DNA from: a virus
Strand: one strand, 5' to 3'
Length of the DNA stretch: 64,000 bases
Virus record (IMG/VR): IMGVR_UViG_3300005435_000020
Location: 36,908 to 100,907 of that record
A program made the translations under genes and the position numbers. The notes under the pieces were generated by a model. That model made no database searches and was not told the DNA's origin. It was given only the letters and a program-made list of their open reading frames with translations. Shown here piece by piece: positions 17,224-26,300 of this stretch. Each line of letters begins with the position of its first letter. The stretch's first letter is position 1.

Positions 17224-18078
17224 TTATGATGGGGTTGTTGTGGTAGTTGTCGTCGTGGTTGTTGTTGCTGGAGATGGTAAGGTGTGAGCACCTTCCTCAC
17301 TACTTCTATCAATGACGGAGGAGATGTCCTGCACAAGCCTGACTAACTGCTGCCTATTGAATGGCACAGGGAACAGGAAAACCTTTTCCGGTAGCTCCTT
17401 GTCCAGGGACAGATAGCTCCTCGATGACGGGTCACCAAACTCTAATGCGAGTATGAATGCGATTTTGTTGTATCCTGGCATCCTCCTGACGGTGTTCACG
17501 AATTCGTAGCTGTCGGATTTGAAGGACAGGACATCCACGATGATCACACCCAGCGTGGAGGAAGTCATCGTGGAGATGAGGTTCAGTGCATCGTTGCGAC
17601 TCTTTGCGACGACGACGGAGAAGCCGTGGTTGATGAGGAGTTCCTGCGTAGCCTCCCGTATCCTCCCTTCGTTGCCGACGACAAGCACCGTGATGCTTGA
17701 GGGGAGGCTCAAATCGCCTTCGTTGCCGATGAGGAAACCAAACGACTTGGCGGAATTCTTGACGGTGAGGATGAACCTCTCCTGCCTGTCCAGAGACGTT
17801 TGCATGTCCCTGATACGCTGGTCTTGCGTGTAGGCAGCGGCTTTCATGGCTGTCATCTGGCCATCCATCTGGTCAAGCTTCGTCTTCTGCGTGGCGGCGT
17901 CTTCCCTGAGTGTCTTCATGTCGTTGGTCAAGGAGTCGTTGAGGGTCTTCATCTGGCCTATGATCTCGGATTTGATGTCCCGGTGGTTGCGTCGCAGCAG
18001 CACATAGGAAGTCACCATGGCCCCGAAGCCGCCGAGGGCAGAGCCTATCTGGACTAAGGGGATGTCAGTGATGAGCAT
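17224..18078 (-). CDS. Single-TM coiled-coil protein fused to an atypical receiver domain
   Basis: N-terminal TM, heptad region, then TVLVVGNE...GFSVVVAKSRNDAL...VIIVDV...IAFIL...FPVPFNRQQLVRLV; poly-Thr tail. Confidence 0.75.
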   Translation of the reverse strand: MLITDIPLVQIGSALGGFGAMVTSYVLLRRNHRDIKSEIIGQMKTLNDSLTNDMKTLREDAATQKTKLDQMDGQMTAMKAAAYTQDQRIRDMQTSLDRQERFILTVKNSAKSFGFLIGNEGDLSLPSSITVLVVGNEGRIREATQELLINHGFSVVVAKSRNDALNLISTMTSSTLGVIIVDVLSFKSDSYEFVNTVRRMPGYNKIAFILALEFGDPSSRSYLSLDKELPEKVFLFPVPFNRQQLVRLVQDISSVIDRSSEEGAHTLPSPATTTTTTTTTTTPS

Positions 18079-18082
18079 TGCG

Positions 18083-19222
18083 TTACTTCAGGTAGAGTTC
18101 CACGGCACCAGCATACCACTGATCACCACGGTTATAACATTCAATAATACGATTAGTGAGCCTGACGCGATACCGTATCTCGCCATTCACAACCTCCTGG
18201 TACTCCCCGGTGAGGCAGGGTCCGGGGTTCTCCATATCCGCCGTGGGGTCGCCAGCGGCAACCAGCGCCAAGTACTTCTCGCGGAGGGGCTTCAGGCCAT
18301 ACTTATACAGTGCCGAATCAGCACTGGGAGGGTATCCATACATTCCATAGTAGGCAATAATAGAATCGGTAGACTGTGGCTGCGTGGGCACTGGGGTATC
18401 TCCTACTGTGACGTAATCGGCTATTGTGTCCAACACAGGATCAGTTAGCCGGAAGCTGTTCCAGTCTGTGTCGTTGCCGACTTGGTAGATGGTGGCACCT
18501 AGCTCCATAGCATCCGTCAGCATCGCGTCACCCAAGGCGATGAGTTGCGACGCATATACTTCGTCGGGGATGCCGTGAGCCCTATAGCCGTTAGTGTTTG
18601 TGTAGGAGGTGTCCCCTTGACTATTGGGGATCACGCCGAAGTCGATGCCAGCCTCCGAGTAGATGCGTGGCTTTGTGCCATAGCGTGGGTCAAGCTGGAC
18701 ATACTTGCGTGGCCTGAGTGCAAGCCAGTCAGACGACGTGAGGACACCGGGGGCACCGTAGGCGTGGTAGCTCCACGCATCTGCCTGCAAGACGCAGGGT
18801 GCCAGGATATCCAACACACGTCGTATGTCGTCGTCGCTGCCAGCGGGGGTGCCGACAGCCAGGGATAAATCGGAGACCTTAAGGCCAGCGCCTTGGAGGC
18901 GCTTCGTCACTTCGAGGTTGAATTTATTGTAGAAGACGGGATCACCGAGGGCTTCATTGTAAAGCTCCCAGTAGTCCACGATGCCTTTGACGGTTTGGCT
19001 CTCCGTCAGGATGGCCTGCGCCATCTCCTCTTCGTTGCCGTCTTGATTGATCATCCTTCGGCAGACGATGATGGCCTGCGGGTTGTCCTTACGTATCTCC
19101 ACCAGCGATTCTTCGTCGCTATTGAGGAATTTCAGGATGCCCCAGGAGCCGTTGCCTTTGTTGATGGCGTTTCTGGCGAGTGGCGAATAGTTATTGGCGT
19201 GTAGGCCAAGCTTCTTCTTCAA
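18083..19222 (-). CDS. Putative endolysin, glycoside hydrolase TIM barrel plus C-terminal binding domain
   Basis: LGLH, YWELYNEA (acid/base), WSYHAYG, IYSEAG (nucleophile); directly follows the tail genes. Confidence 0.7.
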   Translation of the reverse strand: MKKKLGLHANNYSPLARNAINKGNGSWGILKFLNSDEESLVEIRKDNPQAIIVCRRMINQDGNEEEMAQAILTESQTVKGIVDYWELYNEALGDPVFYNKFNLEVTKRLQGAGLKVSDLSLAVGTPAGSDDDIRRVLDILAPCVLQADAWSYHAYGAPGVLTSSDWLALRPRKYVQLDPRYGTKPRIYSEAGIDFGVIPNSQGDTSYTNTNGYRAHGIPDEVYASQLIALGDAMLTDAMELGATIYQVGNDTDWNSFRLTDPVLDTIADYVTVGDTPVPTQPQSTDSIIAYYGMYGYPPSADSALYKYGLKPLREKYLALVAAGDPTADMENPGPCLTGEYQEVVNGEIRYRVRLTNRIIECYNRGDQWYAGAVELYLK

Positions 19223-19257
19223 TGGTACCTCCGTTCCATTACAACGAAACGGGGGGT

Positions 19258-19668
19258 TTACGGGAGGTAATAAGGGATTCTTACCATCACACCATCCACC
19301 TTGGCCCAGGCATAACCTTTCGGTGTGGCGGGTAGAGCCGTGGCACCTCCAGCCGTCGCGGAGGTGGACGTCTTCAGGCCCGTGAATTGCAACACGCCGT
19401 TGTCGAAGAAGAGTATGCTCTTCTTATCGACGGAAGAGAGCCTCAATGCTTCGGCGGCTGCCCTATTCGATGTCGAGATGGCGAGGGCATACTGTGTGTG
19501 GTCATCCTCTTTGATGCCATCCAGCCTGGAGTGCAAGGCGATGATGCCATAGAACCTCTCCAAGTCGTCCACCCTATCCGTCAAGTCCCGTATTTTCAAG
19601 ACGGGGTTGTAGGGGACCTTCACATCAGCCAAGAGGTCTGGTCTGAACCTATCCGGCGGTGCCGCCAC
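19258..19668 (-). CDS. Minor tail or fibre protein
   Basis: Coiled coil plus C-terminal SATAGGATALPATPKGY...RIPYY. Confidence 0.65.
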   Translation of the reverse strand: MAAPPDRFRPDLLADVKVPYNPVLKIRDLTDRVDDLERFYGIIALHSRLDGIKEDDHTQYALAISTSNRAAAEALRLSSVDKKSILFFDNGVLQFTGLKTSTSATAGGATALPATPKGYAWAKVDGVMVRIPYYLP

Positions 19669-20684
19669 TAGAGTACCTCCACGAGGTATCTGACGGGTTT
19701 CGCCGCGTATTCATCGACTTCCCTGCCCACAATCCTCGCGGGGAGGCTCAAGCCGTTGGGTCCAAACGACGCAAGCTGCACCGTGATGGTGTCGCCTTCG
19801 GAGGCTTGCCCCCATTCGCCATTGTTATTCGAGGCATAGAAGTCGAGAAGCTCCCTGGGCCTGTATTTCCTCTCAAGGTTTCGCCTTGCGATGTCACTCA
19901 ATGCCGAAGCGTGAACAATGTCGTATCTCACGTTGGTGGCCTGGTAGAGGCCATACTGCGTGATGCTTGCGTGGTCACTGTGTTGGGCATGCGGCGCTGC
20001 CTCCCATGCTCCGTCTCCCCTGCCGATGAATACAGTGTCATTGATAAGCTCCTCACCATCTCGTGTGTAGGTAACTTCGTCGTCTATGTTCTGGCCTTCA
20101 CTGAAGAGCACCGAGTCTGTCTTGTCCACACCTCTATTACCCGTGTGCAGGACACCCTGCCCATTCGGCAGCATCTCCACCCACCAGTCCACACCCGTGT
20201 CGTAGGGGAGACGCCTCAAGGCAGCGAGGCCACCCGTGAAGTGGAATTCCTTGGAGAGTGGCGCTGACGTGTCGGCATTGTCTGGCGACGCGATGACGAA
20301 AGGCGAAGTGAGGGCAGTAAGCTGCTTATTCAATTCCGACGCCGACTTGTAGGGGAAAAACTCGGATTTGCCGAGACGTCGCCTCGCAAATATGTAGGCC
20401 ATCTCCTTACACGTCACCGTCAAGGTCAGTCGTGTCTCGTCAATGCGTGTGATCCAGCCTCCCCACGGCGTGATACCTGCCGTCGAGTTGATCATCACTA
20501 TCCTGCCGATGTCCAACACAGGATTGTTGCTATTGAGTTTGTAGAAAGGATTGGTCTTGTCGAGGACTAGCCTGGCCTGTCCTATCCCGTTGAGAACATA
20601 GCTTCGCTGTACCGAATACAGCTTGTTTAGCTCTCCTATCTTTCTGTGGGAAAGGTCAAAGATTCCTACCTCCGCGTAAAAGAT
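19668..20684 (-). CDS. Minor tail (Tal/hub, ReqiPepy6 gp37-like) protein; start probably non-canonical ATC 20684
   Basis: Follows the distal tail gene; frame open 55 codons upstream of GTG 20519 with AGGAG-N7-ATC. Confidence 0.7.
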   Translation of the reverse strand: MFYAEVGIFDLSHRKIGELNKLYSVQRSYVLNGIGQARLVLDKTNPFYKLNSNNPVLDIGRIVMINSTAGITPWGGWITRIDETRLTLTVTCKEMAYIFARRRLGKSEFFPYKSASELNKQLTALTSPFVIASPDNADTSAPLSKEFHFTGGLAALRRLPYDTGVDWWVEMLPNGQGVLHTGNRGVDKTDSVLFSEGQNIDDEVTYTRDGEELINDTVFIGRGDGAWEAAPHAQHSDHASITQYGLYQATNVRYDIVHASALSDIARRNLERKYRPRELLDFYASNNNGEWGQASEGDTITVQLASFGPNGLSLPARIVGREVDEYAAKPVRYLVEVL

Positions 20685-20720
20685 AGCAATACTCCTATAT
20701 TATAATATCAATGACAGACA

Positions 20721-23312
20721 TTACAGCCACGAATCATTCCAATCGACTTCGAGATTGACGCCTCCCACGGTGTCTTCTTTGTATTGGAGGAAGTTGTCTC
20801 CGGGGTGTAGCTGTAGCCAGAATGGGCGAATAATGCCTACGGTGGAGAGTGCCGAAGTCCTCAGCGTCTGAGTACCGTCAGGCGCTTGGTACCAGACTTG
20901 TTTGTTTCGGGTGTCAATCATAAGGCTTGCTTTCGGCTCAAGTGGTGTGGAGATGACGATGGCATCCCCGTCTCCCGCCGTCGCCTGCGTGATGGTGGCA
21001 TTCAAGTCGTAAAACGTCTGCACAGGCTGGGGCACAACCGACACCACATACTGGGGATTGAAGGCGATGGTGACACCCTCAATAGAGGCGAAGGTGCCAT
21101 CCTGATTATTCGGGATCAAAACAGACGTATTGACCTCAAACCTGACACGTTGCCTGGGAGGTACGATGGTATCGACGCGAGGGCTGCCGGAGGTTGAGTA
21201 GGCGACGGGGCCACCCGTCGTCAGGGAAGGCTGCCCCCACACGACAATGGGAGGGTATTGTGCATCTTCCGCCATGAGCCTCAAGACGTTATTATTCAGG
21301 TAGTCACTGCCGACGAAGCTTGTCAAGCCATAGTGGGTGACTTGTGTGATCCCTGCGGGATGGGATATTTCCCAACCATTCAGGGGCACCTCGCGGTTAT
21401 TCACGCCGACGCTGGAATGGAGCATCCCCATGACCTGAGCAATATTGGTGGTGGGGTCCTTGAGTGGAGTGTGGGTTGAGACGTCCACCGTGGGATAGAT
21501 GAAAGCATCGTCAAGCCTGCCGAGGCCCACACCCAGCAGCGACAATATCTGCACCGACACGCCGGTAGTCGTCGCAGTGAAGGGGAGTTGGATGTGTTGG
21601 TAGGCTTTGCTCCCAGCCGCATAATAAAAGGCAAGGATATTCGTAGTCGTGGAGTCCAATACCTGCACCACAAACGCATTGTCGGTGTCGGCCCAGACCC
21701 AGGCATCTATTGTGTAGCTCAGTCCCGAGATGAGACCCGCAGGGTTTGTGTTCCTGACGTATTCATTTGCCGCAAGGGGGGCAAAAGAGAGGGAGTAGGT
21801 ATCGAGTGAGCCTGGCGAGGGATTGGTGTTATCGACGCCTACGGTGCCTGTAGATGATACCGTCCACCCCGTGAGGCTCCCCGACGAGAAGGTCTGGTTG
21901 GTGAAGGTAATCGCAGGTGACGTCGCATACGCCGTTTCCTGTCCCCTATGCACTATATTATTGTCTTGCTTCCAGCCGTAGCCGACACCTTGGGACTGCA
22001 CAGGTGACCATGAGCCTGGTCTCGTGTTGTAGATGTAGTCGAAGAATTGTGTCCACGTCCAGCTATAGTTGTTGGAATGTGCCGTGTCGAGTATCAAGGG
22101 ATCACCCAACGCGAAGTCAGGCTGCGGATCAGGAAGCGTGTTCCCATACTGGATGTAGACGGTTTGCGACGCCTGTGCACCGAGATTCAGGAGAGCCCAT
22201 ACCTTCGTCTGCTGTGTGTTCAGGTTCTCCACCACTCGCGGCGCTGGGATGTTCCCCACCAGCACACGGATGTCGCTGCCGTCAGCCTTCATCTTCCCTG
22301 CGCTGATCAGCGCCGCCGTGTTCCACCCCGTGGTATTCGACGTCGGCAGGGCAGCGCCAGTCGTCGTCAATGCGGCGAGGGTCACCGTCAGCGTCGTCGC
22401 GTAGGGGTTTGGCTGCGATGTCGTGGATTGGAGTGTGAGGCTGCCGGGGGCACCAGCGTAGACGTTATAGGCGAAGGCATCCGTGGTGGTTGGGATGGTG
22501 AAAGTGACCTTGCCGCTGGCCCCCACCACCACCGACACCGGAGTAGCATCGCTTTCTCCGAGGGTGCCATCTAGCCTCGTCTTCTGGATGGTGACGGCAA
22601 CGGAGAGGGTCTGCGCCGGGATGGAGCCGCCACTCCCCGCCGTCGCGGTGAAGAGGGGAGGTGGCGTGTATCCTGTCAATTCGATGGGGATGCGTGTCGT
22701 CGCAGACAAAGCATTATTCGTGATGGTCACCGGCACCTGATAGGTGTAGAAGTTGCCGGTGTTGCCTGCGGCACCCTTGGGTGTGTTCCAGGTAATGATG
22801 AGTGTCGGAAAGGTATCCGTGGTGCCAGCCGACGTGATCTTGACTTGCTGACCCGACGTGGTGATGGGGACCATAACCTTGCTAGACGTCTCCGAGAGCC
22901 AGACGGCATCCGGCACCGCAAACTCAACCTGCACCCACCTTTCCGTCTTATTGATGGTGAAGGATTTTGCGGTACCAAGCACCGTCTTCGCAGTCTGGCT
23001 TGGCCTCTGGAGGCGAAGCGTCGAGAGCAACTGGCTGCGAGTGTCGAAGGCCCTCTTCAGGAGGTTGAGCTTCGACTCGAAGTCGAGATAGTTGGTGTCC
23101 CCCGCCACGTAGTGGATGTTGATGTGGAGGGTGATGGTCTTCTCTGCGGATATCTGCCCAGTGTAGACGGGAGGCCCAAACGCAACCTTCTGGATGCGTA
23201 AATCGGCGGGTGCCTGGTCATCGAGATTCGTGTTTGGGACGGAAAAACTCACGCCGTCATTGAGTTCCAGGCCATTGATCTGGATAGACGAGAGGGAAGA
23301 TAGTGCCGCCAT
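20721..23312 (-). CDS. Distal tail protein (evolved Dit) with inserted carbohydrate-binding-like modules
   Basis: Follows the tape measure; C-terminal WLQLHPGDN...DWNDSWL; internal DGSDIRV and CBM-like segment. Confidence 0.75.
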   Translation of the reverse strand: MAALSSLSSIQINGLELNDGVSFSVPNTNLDDQAPADLRIQKVAFGPPVYTGQISAEKTITLHINIHYVAGDTNYLDFESKLNLLKRAFDTRSQLLSTLRLQRPSQTAKTVLGTAKSFTINKTERWVQVEFAVPDAVWLSETSSKVMVPITTSGQQVKITSAGTTDTFPTLIITWNTPKGAAGNTGNFYTYQVPVTITNNALSATTRIPIELTGYTPPPLFTATAGSGGSIPAQTLSVAVTIQKTRLDGTLGESDATPVSVVVGASGKVTFTIPTTTDAFAYNVYAGAPGSLTLQSTTSQPNPYATTLTVTLAALTTTGAALPTSNTTGWNTAALISAGKMKADGSDIRVLVGNIPAPRVVENLNTQQTKVWALLNLGAQASQTVYIQYGNTLPDPQPDFALGDPLILDTAHSNNYSWTWTQFFDYIYNTRPGSWSPVQSQGVGYGWKQDNNIVHRGQETAYATSPAITFTNQTFSSGSLTGWTVSSTGTVGVDNTNPSPGSLDTYSLSFAPLAANEYVRNTNPAGLISGLSYTIDAWVWADTDNAFVVQVLDSTTTNILAFYYAAGSKAYQHIQLPFTATTTGVSVQILSLLGVGLGRLDDAFIYPTVDVSTHTPLKDPTTNIAQVMGMLHSSVGVNNREVPLNGWEISHPAGITQVTHYGLTSFVGSDYLNNNVLRLMAEDAQYPPIVVWGQPSLTTGGPVAYSTSGSPRVDTIVPPRQRVRFEVNTSVLIPNNQDGTFASIEGVTIAFNPQYVVSVVPQPVQTFYDLNATITQATAGDGDAIVISTPLEPKASLMIDTRNKQVWYQAPDGTQTLRTSALSTVGIIRPFWLQLHPGDNFLQYKEDTVGGVNLEVDWNDSWL

Positions 23313-26300
23313 TTATTGTCCCATGTGCTGTGTTTGCTGCACCCAGTAATCGACGTTTTGCGGGCTGCTCATGTCCATCTTGTCCACGTTGATGTTGGTG
23401 GTTTTGTTGACGGTATGCTGCTGGTTCTCGGAGGCTGACGCGAGGCTCCTGATGGCATCGGCAACGTTGTTCAGACTGTTGGCGATGTCGCTGGTCATGC
23501 CCTGCGAGTTGTCCCCCACTGAGTACAACATATCCTTCACGCCACTTGCCACCTGCTGGATGACGTCTTGGAATGGCGTGATCTGGCTGCCGCGAGGGAG
23601 GTTCAGAAGTTCTTGCCCCTTCTCACCGACCCACGTCAAGCCGCCCATCCAGTTGCTGGTACCCGCGGCATTGTGGCCAGGAGGGGGTGTTGTCGCTGCC
23701 ACGGCGGCGGCGTGGGCAGCCTCCCATTGTGATTTGGGAAGAGCAGTCCTGCCAGCAGCCACTTCGCCTTCGTAGGTCACACCATCACCCGCCACCCCGC
23801 CACCGGAAGGGGCACTCCCGCCACCACCAAGACCCATTAGCTCTTGTATTTTTGCTTTCACCGCATTGATCTTATCGCTTATGTTTTGGATAAGACCATT
23901 GAAAGGACCAGTCAATGCAGTTTCTGCGGCGGTAATGGCGCTGGTAAACGCGGCAACTATGGCGTCTTTGAAGGTAGGCCACCACCCTGCCAAGAAGGTT
24001 CCTACAAGTTTCAATAAGGCCCCGAAGACATCGCTGATGAATTTCGAGAGACCCGCCGCGAAATCAGAAATACTGTTCCTATTCAGGAAGTCAAGCAGGG
24101 CAGTCCATATGGCCTTTACCTTGTCCCACAAGGCACCGGCCCATGTCGAGGTTTGGGATACCCAATACTTGAACCACTGGGTCATCAGGCCATCTATCCA
24201 CGTCTGGAATTGATTGAGTGGATTGGAGTCTGCCGTGATGTCATCCATGGCACCCTTCCACATCTCGGCAATCTTAGCCTCAAGGTCTGTGGCCCATTTC
24301 CCCAGCATGCTGCCAACGTGGTCTTGTATCCATTTCGACACGAGGTTGTCAATCCAGCCCTCGAAGCGTGTCTTGGGATTGTCGTCTCCTATCAGGAGGT
24401 CAAGTGCCTTGAGGAACAGGGTCAGGAGTTTATCTTTGAGGCTCTGTGACCTATTCGGCTGCTCCGAGTCCTGGTGCTTCCAGAAGGCTGGGAAAAGTGT
24501 CGTGTCAAGCCAGGCTTGTAGCTGGGCAAGTGGCCCACCGTCTGCCACGAGGCTTGCCACAGCCTGCGTGAACATCGTGAGGAAGAAGGTGAAAAGCTGA
24601 TTGGCCCAAGTCCCTAGCTGGCTCATGGCGTAGCCGATGAGCTTGACGATGAGGCCACCGAACCACACCGTGAGGTCAAGGAGCAGTTTCCCCGCAGCGT
24701 AGAGTAACTCGAAGGCTGCTTCCATCACCAAGATGAGGACAGGCCCCAACGCTGCACCCCACGCGGGAGCATTGGCCTTCACCCAGTTGACGAGGTTGGT
24801 GATCAGCTTCTCGAAACTCTTGCCCATGGAAGAGCCTCCACTCCCTTGCACCCCTCCGTCTGAGGTGATGGCCTTGTCGATGTTATTGAGAAACTCGGCC
24901 ATGATGTGGTACCAACCGGCGAGGAGTTTCAAGGCGAAGGGAACCGCTTGGGTGACGATGAAGTTGACGGCAGCGCCGATGAGGTCACCCAGCTTTGCGC
25001 CGACGATGGGTCCATATGTCTTGAGGGTGTCTCCCACCGCGTCAGTAAAACTCTTCCAGATGACGGAGAAGTTGTCGCTTATCGTCTTGCCCCACTTCGG
25101 AGCATTTGCCCTGATGGTTGCGACGATGTTCCCGATGATGGTGCCCAGCGCAGTGCCAAGGTCACCGCCTATCTTCCCGATGTCCCCGAAGATGGCCCCG
25201 AGTTTGTCTCCGAAGCTCAGGTTCTTATTGTTGAGGATGCCCATGATGTCTTGGAAGATGGGCTGCGCCGCAGACCAAAATCCTTTCAAGGCGGTGGTCA
25301 TCCCCATCCAGTTGGTCTCCCAACCGGCTTTCAACATCTGGATGATCTGGATGATGTTGAGTGCCCAGCCCACGATGGGGACAGCCCTCAAGATGCCGCC
25401 GATGATGGGAAACCTCAGGAACACACCGAGAAAATCACCGAGAAGCCCTATCAGTGGTGTGATGGCTGCTTTCGCCCCGCCTAATATGGTCCCAAAAACA
25501 CCGAAAGCACCGCCAGCCTCCGTGATAAGCCTCGCAAACATCGGGAGTGGCACCAACATGTCCTTGATGACGCCACTAAACTCTTTGATAGCAGCGATGG
25601 GGAGCCTGTCGAGACCAGTGACCTTACCGATGCCCCCGAGAATGTCTGAGCCGACACCTCCCACAGCACCGGCTGCGCTGCCAACCGCGTCGGCAGCCCT
25701 TGATCCATAGGCCAGGGGCCTTGCCAATCCCGCAAGCCTTCCCGGTGCCCCCACAATCCCGCCGCCGCTTACCGATGCCCTGATGGCGAGGTCTTTGAGG
25801 ATGTCTCCCAGCCCTTGCGTTGCGCCTGTTCCGAGGAGGTCAGCGGCACCTCCGGCAAGTCCACCTTCACCCAGGAGGGAACCAGGGAGGCGCAGACCCC
25901 TGACGAAGCCTGAGACCTGTGGGCCACCGAGAGCCCTGCCAGCGAAGAGGCCCAACACGTCGCTGAGCTTGCCACCAACGCTGCTGAGATTGGAAGCAGC
26001 GGAGGTGAGGGCTCCCAGTCCCGGTATGCCACCCGTCGCAGCCATCGCCGCCGTGATCAGCGGAAGGTTGTTGGCAACGCCGGAATCTTGCTGCTGACGG
26101 AAGCGAGACGCCGAAAGTCTGCCCTCTGTCCTGGCATTCATTCTCGTGTCGTAGAGGGCATAGTCGTGGTAGTACTGCTGCAAGGCGGCGTCTTGGTCCT
26201 CTGTGGAGCCTCCCATCCTACCGCGAAGTCTTGGCCTCGCTATGGCACCCTGGCTAGCATTGACACCAAAAGCGCCGAGGATGCCATCGGTGAAACTCGT

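Noticed and set aside
17230-17266. Poly-Thr tract as a phase-variable microsatellite
   Set aside because: It uses mixed ACN codons at the extreme C-terminus, so length changes would stay in frame
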